The notes under the pieces: generated by a model
The model's input: only the letters and a program-made list of their open reading frames with translations
Database searches by the model: none
Told to the model about the DNA's origin: nothing
Made by a program: the position numbers and the translations under genes
NCBI GenBank assembly: GCA_964385185.1
Contig: CAYLOA010000004.1
Location: 482-64,481 of the forward strand
Reading direction: 5' to 3'
DNA length: 64,000 nt
Source of the DNA: an uncultured Methanosarcinales archaeon
GTDB taxonomy: Archaea; Nanobdellota; Nanobdellia; Woesearchaeales; CALCXY01
In this document: piece after piece, positions 19,714-30,608 of the stretch
Numbering within the stretch: position 1 is the first letter of the stretch
Layout: every line of letters begins with the position of its first letter

Positions 19714-20316
19714 ATGCAAGAAGATATGACTCAAGATGAGCGGATAGAGAAAGGGCAAGTGCATGCTCGGTATGTTATTGAGATGCTAGGAGCTCCCGCA
19801 GAACATATAGATAAGACTCTACGAGAATACATTGACAAACTTAAGAAAGACGATCAAGATATTCTGATTATTGGAACTGAATTTTCAGAACCTAAGCAAC
19901 AAGAAAAATTATGGAGTATTTATGTTGAACTTGAAGTTTGGCTTAAAGATCTGCCCAAAGTAGTTGAGTTTTGTTTTGATGCTCTTCCGAGCAGTATAGA
20001 GATTTTAGAACCTCAACAACTTACATTCAAAGGAGCTGAACTATCTGCTTTGTTAAATGATTTACAAGCTAAAATTCATCAATACGATTATACTTTAAAA
20101 GATTCTAACGCAAAGATTAAATTGTTAACTAAAAATTCAGCAGGATTGATGAAGAATTTTGTCTTTTTGAGTTTGAAAAAGGAAGAAAAGACTATTGATC
20201 AAATTGGAACTGAGATGGGGATTAAAGGAGAAGAAATTAAACCTTTTTTAGATCTCATGATTAAAGGTAAAGAGTTAGAAATGCAAGGTAATAAATACCA
20301 TTCATTAGTAAGATAG
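19714..20316 (+). CDS. Hypothetical protein (200 aa); not recognisably ScpA
   Basis: ORF track. Sits upstream of scpB but lacks ScpA N-terminal motifs. Confidence 0.4.
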   Translation: MQEDMTQDERIEKGQVHARYVIEMLGAPAEHIDKTLREYIDKLKKDDQDILIIGTEFSEPKQQEKLWSIYVELEVWLKDLPKVVEFCFDALPSSIEILEPQQLTFKGAELSALLNDLQAKIHQYDYTLKDSNAKIKLLTKNSAGLMKNFVFLSLKKEEKTIDQIGTEMGIKGEEIKPFLDLMIKGKELEMQGNKYHSLVR

Positions 20317-20361
20317 ATCTAGGATTATTAGTGTATATATGGATATGTACATATTTCAGAG

Positions 20362-21420
20362 GTGAACAAGATCAACGATTTACAAAAAGAGGTGGAGGCA
20401 TTGCTCTTTGCGTCAGCAAAGGCTCTTTCTATGGAAGAATTAACGACTCTTTTGCGTAAAACGGAAGCTGAAATTAAAACTGCTGCCGATCATATCAAAA
20501 AAATATATGACGATCGAGATGCACCTATGATGTTGGTAACAGAAGGGACTGGCTATAAAATTGTTGTAAAGGATAAATATATTTCTACCATTCAAAAAAT
20601 TGTTGTTGAAACTGAGTTGCCAAAAAGTATAATGGAAACTTTGGCTGTTATTGCCTACAAACATCCAGCATTGCAATCAGAGATTACTAAGATTCGAACT
20701 AATAAAGCGTATGAACATTTGAAAGAGTTAGAAGAGCTCGGTTATATTTCTCGAGAAAAGTTTGGTAGGACCAAGAAGATTAAGTTGACTACTAAGTTTT
20801 TCCAATATTTTGATCTACCTCGGGAAAAATTGAAAGAGGCTTTTGGTGGATTTGAAGAGATTGAAAAAATTATTGAAGAGAAACAAGTGGAAGCCAAGAA
20901 GTTAGTTGCTGATATTACTACAAGGCAAGAAGAAGAAAGGAAAGCAGATAAGCAACGAAAAAAGGATCAAGCAGTTGAGTCAGGTAAATTGGAGAAACAA
21001 AATAAAGAGATGATCGGGACTTTACAAGTTGTTGATGAACTTCCGGAAGATGAGGATGAAGATGAGGAGAAATTAGGAGATTTAGATGTTGTAGATGTAA
21101 AAAAGAATCCAGATAAGCCAAAATATCCTGAGGAAAAGAAAAAAGAAGTTGAGAAGAAGAAAGTAGAGTTGACACCCGAGCAAAAAGAACGAAAAGAGAA
21201 GGTTAAAGTTGAAACTGAAGAGTTAGCAAAGAAGGTAGATACTGCTGCAGATAGAAGAGCTGAAGAATTACTAACCGGTAAACCTCAACCTGTGCCTTCA
21301 GAGGAAGGGGAAGAGCAAGTACAGGAGGAAGAGAAGCCAGATGATCAAGCTGAGATGTCCGAAGTGCAAGCAGACGATGTTGTACCAGGTGATGAAGGGG
21401 AGACTCCGAGGGAAACGTAA
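20362..21420 (+). CDS. scpB: Segregation and condensation protein B with long K/E-rich C-terminal tail
   Basis: EALLFASAKALSMEEL and ETLAVIAYKHPALQSEITKIR, the winged-helix pair typical of ScpB. Confidence 0.8.
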   Translation: MNKINDLQKEVEALLFASAKALSMEELTTLLRKTEAEIKTAADHIKKIYDDRDAPMMLVTEGTGYKIVVKDKYISTIQKIVVETELPKSIMETLAVIAYKHPALQSEITKIRTNKAYEHLKELEELGYISREKFGRTKKIKLTTKFFQYFDLPREKLKEAFGGFEEIEKIIEEKQVEAKKLVADITTRQEEERKADKQRKKDQAVESGKLEKQNKEMIGTLQVVDELPEDEDEDEEKLGDLDVVDVKKNPDKPKYPEEKKKEVEKKKVELTPEQKERKEKVKVETEELAKKVDTAADRRAEELLTGKPQPVPSEEGEEQVQEEEKPDDQAEMSEVQADDVVPGDEGETPRET

Positions 21421-21685
21421 GGTTTGTGTCTATTGTGGGAAAAGTTTTCTTGCAGAACCTAACGTGGATCGACTTTCTTTGTAATTTTTTTATTAATTTA
21501 CCTTATGGCAATTAAATGGGGTATTTTGAGAGTTTTTTAGCCCTGAATAGGGGTGAATTCTATGGGCTGAAATGGTTGAATTCAATGAATAGAGGCTCTG
21601 TACTGGCATTTTAGAAGGCAAAGCTTTATATACTTTTACCCTCCATATAATTAGTAAGATCGATGTCTTTATTTTATAAAAAAAA

Positions 21686-24600
21686 ATGGCTGATGTAGAA
21701 CCAAAATCAAAAGTACCTTCCAAAGTTCTCGATAGAGAAATTGAGGAAGAAATGAAGCAGAGTTACTTAGATTATTCTATGAGTGTTATTGTTGGGAGGG
21801 CTTTACCTGACGTTCGTGATGGATTAAAACCGGTTCACAGAAGAATTTTGTATACTATGCTTGGATTAGGACTACATTATAACAAACAGTTTAGAAAGTG
21901 TGCAAGAATTGTGGGAGATTGTTTAGGGCGGTATCATCCTCACGGTGATACGGCTGTCTATGATTCACTTGTACGTATGGCTCAAGACTTTAGCCTTCGT
22001 TATCCTCTTGTCAATGGTCAAGGTAACTTTGGTAGTGTTGATGGAGATAATGCTGCAGCTATGAGGTATTGTGTTACTGGAGAAAATCTTATAGTTACAG
22101 ATAAGGGTCTTGTTCCTATTAAGGATATTTCTAAAAAAGAACATATTAATTTATCAGTATTGTCTAAAGATAAAAAAATTCACATTGCATCAAAGTGGTT
22201 TGATTGTGGTAATCACCCGACTTTAAAGCTTACTACAAAAAAAGGATTTTCTGTTTCAGGTACTTACAATCATCCATTATTAACTTTGACAACTGATGTA
22301 ACTGGTAAACCTCTATTTTCTTGGAAATTGATGGAACAGGTTAAAGAAGGAGATTATGTTGTACTTGATAGATCTACAGATGATTGTTGGCCAATTGAGG
22401 CTCCTAGTTTAGAATATTATCTTCCTAAGAAACATTCACAAAGAAAGCAAACTACTCTTCCATCACAATTTGATAAGGATTTGGCATTTATCTTAGGTTC
22501 ATTCCTTTCAGAGGCATATATAAGTAAGAAAAAAATTGAATTTTGTAATTCTGATAAAAAATGGGTTGATTCATTGGCATCTAAATGGGATAAGTTATTT
22601 CCAGATAGTACGCTTCATCTTTTTGAGAAAGAACCTTCTTCTTATGGAAGAAAGAAGTATTACAGATTAGAGTGTCATTATTTACATACTTTACAATTAT
22701 TGTCCAATTTAGGATTACTACCTGTTTTATCAAATAAAAAAAGAATTCCTCATATTATTTTTACATCACCCAAACACATTGTAGCTGAGTTTTTGAAAGC
22801 TTTGTTTGAAGGAGATGGAAGTATTAGTCACGCTCCAAAAATGATTGAACTGAGTTATTGTTCAACAAGTGAGAAGTTGATTGAAGAATTACAGATACTA
22901 TTGCTTAGGTTTGGAATAGATGGTACTAAGAGATTTGATAAACATAAAAATATTTGGAAACTTTATTTGAGGGGGCAGAGAAATGTTTTGAGGTTTTATA
23001 AGGAGATTGGTTTTTTCTCTGATTATAAACAGAAAAAATTGGAATATGTTTTAAGTCATTATAAGAAAGATTCTTCTCTTTATGATTATGTCCCTTTTAT
23101 TTCAGATTATATTAGAAGTCGAACAAGTTCAAGTTTTATTGCAAAGAATAATTTTGACAGATATGGTTCGATGGAGAAAAATTATAAACAAGTAAGTTCT
23201 ATTATGTTGCAAGAGACTGGTGCTGATTATTCCTCAATGTTCACATATTTATTACATTATAATTATTTATTTGATCAAGTTGTTTCTTTGGAGGATGCTG
23301 GAGAACAAGAAGTATACTCTTTAAAAGTTGAAAGTGATTGTCATTCTTATGTTTCTAATGGATTTATTAGTCATAATACTGAAGCTAAGCTCAAAAAGAT
23401 AGCTGAAGAGATGCTATATGACTTAGACAAAGAGACAGTTCCTTTTGTTCCTAATTTTGATAATAGTATGAAAGAACCTACTGTTCTTCCTGCAAAGATT
23501 CCTAATTTACTCGTAAATGGAAGTGCAGGTATTGCTGTTGGGATGGCAACTAATATTCCTCCACACAATATGAAAGAGGTATGTGGGGCGGCAATTAAAG
23601 TCTTAGGTAATCCTGAGCTTACTACTGATGAATTATTGCAAGAAATTACCGGACCAGATTTTCCTACCGGTGGAAGTATTCAAGGACGACATGGTATTAA
23701 ACAAGCTTATACTACGGGTAGAGGGAGTGTTATTGTTAAGGCTAAAGTTGAATTTGAGATTGAGAAACATAGAATTATTGTCAATGAAATTCCTTATCAA
23801 GTAAATAAGTCCATGCTTATCGAGCAGATTGCTGATCTTGTCCGAGATAAAGTTATTCCTCAAATTAAAGATATCAGAGATGAGAGTGATAAAAAGGGAA
23901 TGCGAATTGTCATTATGTTAAAACAAGATGCTAATATTGATGTTGTACATAATTTATTGTTGAAACATTCAAGATTACAAGTGAGTTATGGAATAAATAT
24001 GGTGGGACTTGTTCAGAACCAACCTAAAACGTTAACTATTATGGAAATATTAGTTGAATTTCTACGTCATAGAAGAATTATTGTTCGGAGACGAACAGAG
24101 TATGATCTTAAGAAAGCTGAAGAGAGGGCACATATTTTGGAAGGATTGATAATTGCCTTAACTCACATTGATGAAGTTATTGCAAAGATTAAGCAAAGTA
24201 AAGATGTTGAACAAGCAACTCAAGTGCTTATGACGAGCTATAGTCTGAGTGAGATTCAGTCAAAAGCTATTTTGGATATGAGACTTCAGAAATTAGCTAG
24301 TTTGGAGCAACAGAAGATTAAAGATGAGCATGCTGAACTTGTGACTGTAATTTCAGAACTTAAAGCAATTTTGGCCGATGAAGAGAAAATTAAGAATATC
24401 GTAAAAGGAGAATTGGAAGAGTTACAGGAAACCTATGGAGATGGTCGAAAAACAGAGATCTTAGATGGAGAATTAGAGTCATTAGATGCTGAAGATTTAA
24501 TTAAACCTGAAGATTGTGTTGTTACTATTACTCATACAGGATATATCAAACGAATCCCACTTGAGACTTACAAAGAGCAACGAAGAGGGGGTAAAGGAGT

Positions 24601-25516
24601 AATTGCTGCTAAAACTAAAGATGAAGATTTTGTAGAAGATTTATTTGTCGCTAATACTCACGATTATTTATTGTTTTTTACGTCTACTGGAAAATTAAAA
24701 TGGTTAAAGGTTCATAAAATTCCTGAAGGTAGTCGGACTGCTCGAGGCAGTAGCATTGTTAATTTGGTAGAGTTACAGGAAGGAGAAAGGGTAAGTGCTT
24801 TTGTTAATGTTAATGATTTTAGTAAAGGATTTTTAGTGATGTGTACAAAACGAGGAGTTATTAAGAAAACTGCATTGGAGTTATTTTCACGTCCTAGAAA
24901 AGGGGGTATAATTGCTCTCAATCTAGATGAAGGAGATAGTTTAGTGAATGTCGTTAAAGCAAATGCTGGAGCTCAGATATTAATTGCTACAAGCAATGGT
25001 ATTGCTGTTAAGTTCAAAGAGAGTGATATTCGACCTATGGGACGAACTGCTCGTGGAGTTAAAGGAATTAAGTTAAAACCGCAAGATTTCGTAATTGATA
25101 TGGTTAAAGGAGATGATGAACGAAGTCTTTTGACGATTACCGAGAAAGGATACGGTAAACGGACTAAAATTGGAGAGTATCGTCTGATTAATCGTGGAGG
25201 ATCTGGGGTTATCAATCTTAAGTGTACAGAGAAAAATGGAAAAGTAGTTGCTGTACGTTCTGTTACAGAGGCAGATCAAGTAATTGTCATTTCAAAGAAT
25301 GGTATCATTATTAGAACGCCAGTTAAGGATATTTCAGAAATTGGAAGAAGTACTCAAGGTGTTAAGGTTATGAATATTGGAGAAGGCGATAAAGTAATAG
25401 CAGCTGCTAAAATAGCAACAGATACTCTGGTAAGTTCTGAATCTGAGGACGAGGGTAAGGTTAATAAGGAGAAGACGAATTCTAGTACTGATGAAAGCAT
25501 TACTCATAACCAATAA
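21686..25516 (+). CDS. gyrA: DNA gyrase subunit A with an in-frame intein
   Basis: HPHGD, AAMRY, then intein, then TEAKL. C-terminal repeated GyrA-box beta-pinwheel motifs (QGV/RGV). Confidence 0.9.
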   Translation: MADVEPKSKVPSKVLDREIEEEMKQSYLDYSMSVIVGRALPDVRDGLKPVHRRILYTMLGLGLHYNKQFRKCARIVGDCLGRYHPHGDTAVYDSLVRMAQDFSLRYPLVNGQGNFGSVDGDNAAAMRYCVTGENLIVTDKGLVPIKDISKKEHINLSVLSKDKKIHIASKWFDCGNHPTLKLTTKKGFSVSGTYNHPLLTLTTDVTGKPLFSWKLMEQVKEGDYVVLDRSTDDCWPIEAPSLEYYLPKKHSQRKQTTLPSQFDKDLAFILGSFLSEAYISKKKIEFCNSDKKWVDSLASKWDKLFPDSTLHLFEKEPSSYGRKKYYRLECHYLHTLQLLSNLGLLPVLSNKKRIPHIIFTSPKHIVAEFLKALFEGDGSISHAPKMIELSYCSTSEKLIEELQILLLRFGIDGTKRFDKHKNIWKLYLRGQRNVLRFYKEIGFFSDYKQKKLEYVLSHYKKDSSLYDYVPFISDYIRSRTSSSFIAKNNFDRYGSMEKNYKQVSSIMLQETGADYSSMFTYLLHYNYLFDQVVSLEDAGEQEVYSLKVESDCHSYVSNGFISHNTEAKLKKIAEEMLYDLDKETVPFVPNFDNSMKEPTVLPAKIPNLLVNGSAGIAVGMATNIPPHNMKEVCGAAIKVLGNPELTTDELLQEITGPDFPTGGSIQGRHGIKQAYTTGRGSVIVKAKVEFEIEKHRIIVNEIPYQVNKSMLIEQIADLVRDKVIPQIKDIRDESDKKGMRIVIMLKQDANIDVVHNLLLKHSRLQVSYGINMVGLVQNQPKTLTIMEILVEFLRHRRIIVRRRTEYDLKKAEERAHILEGLIIALTHIDEVIAKIKQSKDVEQATQVLMTSYSLSEIQSKAILDMRLQKLASLEQQKIKDEHAELVTVISELKAILADEEKIKNIVKGELEELQETYGDGRKTEILDGELESLDAEDLIKPEDCVVTITHTGYIKRIPLETYKEQRRGGKGVIAAKTKDEDFVEDLFVANTHDYLLFFTSTGKLKWLKVHKIPEGSRTARGSSIVNLVELQEGERVSAFVNVNDFSKGFLVMCTKRGVIKKTALELFSRPRKGGIIALNLDEGDSLVNVVKANAGAQILIATSNGIAVKFKESDIRPMGRTARGVKGIKLKPQDFVIDMVKGDDERSLLTITEKGYGKRTKIGEYRLINRGGSGVINLKCTEKNGKVVAVRSVTEADQVIVISKNGIIIRTPVKDISEIGRSTQGVKVMNIGEGDKVIAAAKIATDTLVSSESEDEGKVNKEKTNSSTDESITHNQ
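22070..23377 (+). mobile_element. GyrA intein (436 aa) with LAGLIDADG homing-endonuclease domain, at the post-active-site-Tyr position
   Basis: Begins with Cys after AAMRY; ends ...NGFISHN followed by Thr. Blocks [11 protein letters not shown] and [22 protein letters not shown] resemble the Mxe GyrA intein. LAGLIDADG motifs [12 protein letters not shown] and [11 protein letters not shown]. Confidence 0.85.
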
Positions 25517-26582
25517 AGGTGTTGAAGAAACTGCAGCACTCGAAATTGGAGAAATTTTAGGTAAGAAGCCTGTTGTAGGAGAGACGGTATTATCTTTTAG
25601 TGCTACTCCTCAAGAACTTTGTAAGCTTAGTTATAAAACTCAGAGTGCTAAGCGAGTTGTTTTGTTGTTAAAAGAGCAAGAATTGAGTAAGGTGGATGAT
25701 CTTCAAATGGATGTCGATTTAACAAAATATATTTTCGGAGATACTTTTGTTGTTGACTGTGAACGGATTGGAGATCAGGATTTTAAGAGTGTAGATATTG
25801 AGAGTAAACTTATTTCTATCATTGCAAAGGCATATGATAAAAAATTAAGTCACGATAGACCCGATACTTCATTTTTTGCCTATGTGTATGGTGGGAAGTT
25901 TTATTTTGGACTTGATATAGGAGGAGATTTACAAAAAAGAAGTTATAAGATCTATTCTGTTACTAATAGTCTCAAGGGACAGATTGCGTATGATCTTGTT
26001 CGTGAGAGTGGTTTTACTAAAAAGGATAGTTTATTGGTAACTTCTTGCCGTGATGGGATTGTAGGGATAGAAGCAGGTTATTTTGCTTCTGGAAAAGCAG
26101 TTCGATTTTTTGATAAAGATAAATTTCCTTTTTGGAATTATAATTTTGTTGATGAGAGTTATTTGACTGATTTAGATGGAAAAGAAGAGAAAACAAAGAT
26201 TGTAGCGGTTGATGGGAGTGCACATAATGTTACGGTTGCTAAAAAGAATGCAAAGATTGCTGGTGTTGAAAAAGTCATTAAAATGAGTATGATGGACTTA
26301 CAATGGTTGGATACAAAGTTTGATGAAGGTTCGGTAGATAGAGTTATTGGACATTTGCCTTCGGTGAGTAAACATAGAGATGAGAAGCAGACTGCTAAGT
26401 TGTTTAAAGAGTTTTTTTACCAAGTCAGTTTTATTTTATCTAAGAAAGGTAGGATTGTTACCTTAACACCTAAGCCTGATTTACTTGAAGAAGTTGCAAA
26501 AGAATATAAGATAAAAAAAATAAAAGAAAAAATTCTTGCCCAAGGGCAAAGTAATTATACGCTAATGGTTTGGAGTAAATAA
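25491..26582 (+). CDS. THUMP-domain RNA methyltransferase (Trm14/UPF0020-like)
   Basis: 363 aa, N-terminal THUMP-like region and class I SAM-MTase core. Confidence 0.6.
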   Translation: MKALLITNKGVEETAALEIGEILGKKPVVGETVLSFSATPQELCKLSYKTQSAKRVVLLLKEQELSKVDDLQMDVDLTKYIFGDTFVVDCERIGDQDFKSVDIESKLISIIAKAYDKKLSHDRPDTSFFAYVYGGKFYFGLDIGGDLQKRSYKIYSVTNSLKGQIAYDLVRESGFTKKDSLLVTSCRDGIVGIEAGYFASGKAVRFFDKDKFPFWNYNFVDESYLTDLDGKEEKTKIVAVDGSAHNVTVAKKNAKIAGVEKVIKMSMMDLQWLDTKFDEGSVDRVIGHLPSVSKHRDEKQTAKLFKEFFYQVSFILSKKGRIVTLTPKPDLLEEVAKEYKIKKIKEKILAQGQSNYTLMVWSK

Positions 26583-26583
26583 A

Positions 26584-26790
26584 TTACTTCTTTTTCATAG
26601 CAGTACATGTTTTACAAGCGCCTTTTCCTAACTTCATTATTCCTACGTACAGAAAAGCAGCTGTATACCAACTAATGCCCCAGAATGCAAAACTTCCTCT
26701 ATCTTGTAATAAGAACAGAACTCCTATTACTAATAAAATTAAAGCACTACATTTTGTACATTTATCACAACAACATCCCATGGATATCAC
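26584..26790 (-). CDS. Small Cys-rich membrane protein (68 aa)
   Basis: One transmembrane segment plus CCCDKCTKC and CKTC clusters. Confidence 0.35.
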   Translation of the reverse strand: MISMGCCCDKCTKCSALILLVIGVLFLLQDRGSFAFWGISWYTAAFLYVGIMKLGKGACKTCTAMKKK

Positions 26791-26946
26791 CTCTTGAATA
26801 GATATCTTGAAAAGGGGTATAAAAACTTTTTGTTTCTACTTTTTGTAATGGAAGACATAAATAATGCATAAAATTGTTATGTCTTCCAAACAGTAGCTGC
26901 GGAAAATATTATTCAGGACTTTTGTCCACAGCTAATGTGTCGATAA

Positions 26947-26956
26947 CTTTATAAAC
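26947..26956 (+). promoter_or_regulatory. TATA box (CTTTATAAAC) about 25 nt upstream of the RNase P RNA 5' end
   Basis: Same decamer sits upstream of the SRP RNA on the other strand (37984-37993). Confidence 0.45.
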
Positions 26957-26974
26957 GAATATCTACTACTTTAT

Positions 26975-27320
26975 GTTGAGGTAAGGAACTTAGCGAGGCC
27001 TTTATGGTCAGGAAAGTCCACCCACCGTGAAAGAGTACTTTCGGAAGAAAGGTCCAGTAATGGGCGGCTCTGTATCAGAAACGATACCACTTTTGGATTG
27101 GATGATGCTTTGAAGCAATTCGCGAGAATTGTCAGATAACAAGCAGACGTTTTCAAGAGAATGGATGAAACGGACATACCTGCTCGGTGCAAGTCCAAGA
27201 CGCTTAGTTGAATGCTAAGAAGGAGTATCAGTCATTAAATTGGTTTATGATCCCAAGACCTTCAACGGTTAAGGGTTCTAAGACTCCTACAAAAGGTGGC
27301 TTATTCCTTGCCTCACTTAT
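26975..27320 (+). ncRNA. rnpB: RNase P RNA (archaeal type A-like)
   Basis: P4 5' strand AGGAAAGTCCACC (27010-27022) and 3' strand ACAAAAGGTGGCTTA (27289-27303) with the bulged U. GGTAAGGAA pairs with TTCCTTGCC to form P1. GC-rich island with no ORF. Confidence 0.75.
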
Positions 27321-27341
27321 ATTTAATGGAGATGAATATCT

Positions 27342-27512
27342 ATGGCAAACGACAAAATAACAATGCCGACAAGTACGGCTGGAATTACACGATACTTTGA
27401 CGATTATAAAAGTAAGATTGAGTTTAAACCAGGACATGTTATTGTATTGGTTTTACTTGTTATGCTTATTGTGATTCTTTTACACATCTATGGTGGGAGT
27501 ATGCTCTTATGA
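27342..27512 (+). CDS. Preprotein translocase Sec61 beta (SecG-like), 56 aa; below the ORF-track size cutoff
   Basis: TSTAGITRYFDD...FKPGHVIVLVLLVMLIVILLHIYGG matches archaeal Sec-beta (TSAGLIRYxDE plus C-terminal TM). Confidence 0.7.
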   Translation: MANDKITMPTSTAGITRYFDDYKSKIEFKPGHVIVLVLLVMLIVILLHIYGGSMLL

Positions 27513-27850
27513 TTCCTGGAATGAATCCTCGGAAAATGCAACAGATGATGAAGAAGATGGGGATAGCCCAGCAAGATATCGATGCTACTCAAGTTATCAT
27601 TAAATGTGCAGATAAAGAATTAATTATTGATAGTCCTCAAGTTGCTAAAGTAAATATGATGGGACAAGAGACTTTTCAAATTGTAGGAGAAGTTCAAGAG
27701 AGAAGTCTTGATACTACTCCTGATATTAATGAAGATGATGTTAAAACTGTAATGGATCAAGCTAAAGTGAGTCAAGATGAAGCTGCTAAGGCAATTACTG
27801 AGGCAGATGGAGATTTGGCACAAGCAATTCTTTCTCTTCAAGGTGAGTAA
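27509..27850 (+). CDS. nac: Nascent polypeptide-associated complex protein (NAC alpha, UBA tail)
   Basis: MMKKMGI, QETFQIVGE, C-terminal UBA-like region. Confidence 0.8.
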   Translation: MIPGMNPRKMQQMMKKMGIAQQDIDATQVIIKCADKELIIDSPQVAKVNMMGQETFQIVGEVQERSLDTTPDINEDDVKTVMDQAKVSQDEAAKAITEADGDLAQAILSLQGE

Positions 27851-27882
27851 GGCTTTTATAGTTATTTATAGGTAATTAGTTA

Positions 27883-28365
27883 ATGGACGAGATTGAAGTA
27901 TCTAGAGCTCGAGCAAAGCGATATTTGCATGTAGCAGATCACATGGTATATATGACTTATGGAGTTGTAAAAGATTCCAAAATTTTGCTTAGTGTTATGG
28001 ATAGTATCTTTTTGAGTCTCACAAATTGTATGACTGCATTGTTAGAACAAGAAAAGAAGTTTAAGGCTATCCCTTTGGTACCTAAAGGTTTTGAAGCAAA
28101 ATTCATGCTTTTTCGAGATGTAGCCCAAAAGTTTAAATTAGATGACGCTTATATCTCTATGATGCGGGATGTTAAGGACACTATTCTGGATCATAAGACC
28201 AGTCCAGTGGCATTTCGTCGGAAAGAACAATATGTTATTTGTTCCGATAGTTACCATATGAGAACGATTAATGTGGATCAAATCAAAGAATATTTAAGAA
28301 TGACGCGAGAGTTTTTTTCAGATATTCAAAGATTAACAAGTAAGAGTGGTGTATATGCAACCTGA
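27883..28365 (+). CDS. Hypothetical helical protein, paralog 1 of a tandem pair
   Basis: Shares DH..LLEQ.K...VP and FRR.. blocks with the next ORF. Confidence 0.5.
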   Translation: MDEIEVSRARAKRYLHVADHMVYMTYGVVKDSKILLSVMDSIFLSLTNCMTALLEQEKKFKAIPLVPKGFEAKFMLFRDVAQKFKLDDAYISMMRDVKDTILDHKTSPVAFRRKEQYVICSDSYHMRTINVDQIKEYLRMTREFFSDIQRLTSKSGVYAT

Positions 28366-28810
28366 ATATATTGAAGAAGCAAAAGAAGAGTTAAAACGAG
28401 TAGATCATCTTATCTTTGTTAGTTTGAAATATACTCGAACCGTTGATGTTATTATGAGTATTATTGAACGGCTATTAAGTTGTTATGATATTTTGTTTAC
28501 AGGATTGTTAGAGCAAGCTAAAGAAGATGGTAAAATTGATGTGGTTCCTGCAACTCCTATGGTGCAATGTGAAACTTTGTTAAAGTTATTTGATGAGAAA
28601 CAAATTAAGCCCTATACTGATTTTTATATTTTACTTAGAAAAATGAGACGGGCTAAGGTTGAACGATATCGAGAGTTTAGAAGACATGTTACCATGGCTG
28701 CCGAAGTGGATGAGAAAGTTGTTGAAGTTTCCATTGATATTATTTCTGATTATTTCAAGCGAGTAAAAGAATTTGTAGCTTTTGTTGAAGCAGATTTTGT
28801 AGAAGCTTAG
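28346..28810 (+). CDS. Hypothetical helical protein, paralog 2 (contains RYREFRRH, a weak HEPN-like R-x6-H)
   Basis: Aligned by eye to paralog 1 over its whole length. Confidence 0.5.
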   Translation: MVYMQPEYIEEAKEELKRVDHLIFVSLKYTRTVDVIMSIIERLLSCYDILFTGLLEQAKEDGKIDVVPATPMVQCETLLKLFDEKQIKPYTDFYILLRKMRRAKVERYREFRRHVTMAAEVDEKVVEVSIDIISDYFKRVKEFVAFVEADFVEA

Positions 28811-28820
28811 AATAAAAAAA

Positions 28821-28897
28821 TGGGGTGACAAGCGGGATTTGAACCCGCACCAATAGAGCCACAGTCTATTATGCTGCCAGGTTACACCATTGCCACC
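28821..28897 (-). tRNA. tRNA-His (GTG) with encoded G-1 and CCA
   Basis: G-1 pairs discriminator C. Acceptor GTGGCAA/TTGTCAC, anticodon arm ATAGA-CTGTGGC-TCTAT, T arm GCGGG-TTCAAAT-CCCGC. Confidence 0.85.
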
Positions 28898-29012
28898 ATG
28901 ATTCTTTGGTTATAGGACATACCTTATAAATCTTACTGAACCAAAAGCTTTATAAACGGTTTCTGGTTCCCATTATTTAATAAGCCCGAGTTCACGCGTT
29001 TCCAGGGTTAGT

Positions 29013-29531
29013 ATGTGTGAGTTCTCGGGATATAAATGTACAATGGCAGATCAAAAAGAAGCACCTAAACTGAAACATTTGGTACGTGTTATTAACACAG
29101 ACCTAGATGGATCTAAACCTATTCTTTATGCTATGCGAAAAATCAAGGGAGTAAATATTATGTTTGCTAATATGGTTTTAGGTATGGCAAAGATTGAAAA
29201 TGATGTCAAGGCAGGAGCTTTGAAAGATGAGCAGGTTGCTAAAATTGAAGATGTTCTAAAACACCCTGAAAAATATGATGTCCCTATTTGGATGCTTAAT
29301 AGAAGAAGCGATTATGAAACTGGAGAAGATAAACATATTCTTACTGGTGATATTGATTTTAATAAGGCAATAGATGTTAAACGATTACGAAGAACTAAAT
29401 CTTATATTGGATTACGACACGCTTCAGGACATCCTGTACGTGGACAAAGAACTAAGAGTAATTTTAGAGCTTCAAAAGCAAAATCAAAAGGAAAGAGTGT
29501 AGTTGGAGTAAATAAGAAACCTCAGAAATAG
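29013..29531 (+). CDS. rps13: 30S ribosomal protein S13 (uS13); likely start at 29043 (MADQKE)
   Basis: RVINTDLDGSKPILYAMRKIKGV. Confidence 0.9.
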   Translation: MCEFSGYKCTMADQKEAPKLKHLVRVINTDLDGSKPILYAMRKIKGVNIMFANMVLGMAKIENDVKAGALKDEQVAKIEDVLKHPEKYDVPIWMLNRRSDYETGEDKHILTGDIDFNKAIDVKRLRRTKSYIGLRHASGHPVRGQRTKSNFRASKAKSKGKSVVGVNKKPQK

Positions 29532-29541
29532 GTGGTAATGT

Positions 29542-30216
29542 ATGGGAGATCCAAAGAAACAAAGGAAAAAGTATGACACACCTAGTCATCCGTGGGAAAA
29601 AGAAAGAATAGAATTCGAAAAAGAGATTTCTGCAGAATTTGGTCTTACTACTAAAAAAGAAATTTGGAAAATGCAGACCATGCTTAAGAATATTACTTCT
29701 CAAATTAAGATGATTATTGGAATGCCTGAGGAAAAAGGTCAAGTTTTAAGTGAGAGATTAGTTAAAAAATTAATTAGACTTGGTTTAATTGGTGCAGGTA
29801 CTAGTTTAACTGAAGCAATGAATCTTACTCTTCAAAATTTACTGAATAGACGATTACAAACACTTGTTTTTAAGAAAGAAATGGCTAAAAGTATGAAACA
29901 AGCAAGACAGTTTATTACTCATGAACATATTTTGGTTGGTGGTAAGAAAGTTACTGCTCCTGGATATATTGTTCCTATTGCAGAAGAAAGTTCAATTGCA
30001 TATGTAGAAAATAGTGCTTTGTTTAATCCAGACCATCCTGAGCGAGCTCTTCCAGAGAAAGCTCCTGCTCCTATTAAGGCAGAGGATGGAGATAAGAAGG
30101 AAGACAAAGAAGACAAAGAGAAAAAAGAAGTAAAGAAGGAAGAAGTTGCTGAGAAAAAGGCAGATGCTGTTCCTAAGGATGCTAAAACTGAAGCTCCTGT
30201 TGAGGTGAAAGCATGA
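29542..30216 (+). CDS. rps4: 30S ribosomal protein S4 (uS4) with K/E-rich C-terminal tail
   Basis: N-terminal uS4 pattern; S4 domain. Confidence 0.9.
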   Translation: MGDPKKQRKKYDTPSHPWEKERIEFEKEISAEFGLTTKKEIWKMQTMLKNITSQIKMIIGMPEEKGQVLSERLVKKLIRLGLIGAGTSLTEAMNLTLQNLLNRRLQTLVFKKEMAKSMKQARQFITHEHILVGGKKVTAPGYIVPIAEESSIAYVENSALFNPDHPERALPEKAPAPIKAEDGDKKEDKEDKEKKEVKKEEVAEKKADAVPKDAKTEAPVEVKA

Positions 30217-30608
30217 GAGATAAAATGAGATGGGGAATTTGTCATATTTATTCATCCTATAATAATACTATTATTCATATTACTGATATAACTGGTACTG
30301 AATCATTGGCAAGAGCCTCTGGTGGTATGATGGTTAAGTCAGATCGATTGGAGAGTTCACCTACTGCAGCTATGATGGCTGCTAAAAAGGCTGGTGAGAC
30401 TGCAATGGATAAAGGAATTAATGGAATTCATGTTAAAATTCGAGCTCCTGGAGGTCATAATGGACCGGAGTCACCTGGACCAGGTGCACAAGCAGCAGTT
30501 CGAGCTTTATCTAGAATGGGATTACGAATTGGTATCATAGAAGATGTCACTGCGTTACCTCATGATGGATGTAGAAAGAAAGGCGGAAAACGAGGGAGGC
30601 GAGTATAA
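30213..30608 (+). CDS. rps11: 30S ribosomal protein S11 (uS11)
   Basis: [18 protein letters not shown]. Confidence 0.9.
   Translation: MRDKMRWGICHIYSSYNNTIIHITDITGTESLARASGGMMVKSDRLESSPTAAMMAAKKAGETAMDKGINGIHVKIRAPGGHNGPESPGPGAQAAVRALSRMGLRIGIIEDVTALPHDGCRKKGGKRGRRV

Noticed and set aside
19714-20316. ScpA upstream of scpB
   Set aside because: No kleisin N-terminal or C-terminal winged-helix motifs were recognisable. Called hypothetical.
26851-26940. Two hairpins upstream of RNase P RNA (GGAAGACATAA-N16-TTATGTCTTCC; TAGCTGCGG/CCACAGCTA)
   Set aside because: They are perfect or near-perfect but AT-rich, have no flanking U-tract and no ORF context. Possibly a terminator or regulatory site for the divergent small ORF, too weak to call.
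26971-27437. Track ORFs 26971-27198(-) and 27228-27437(-)
   Set aside because: They lie on top of the RNase P RNA island and have no motifs. They are most likely chance ORFs.
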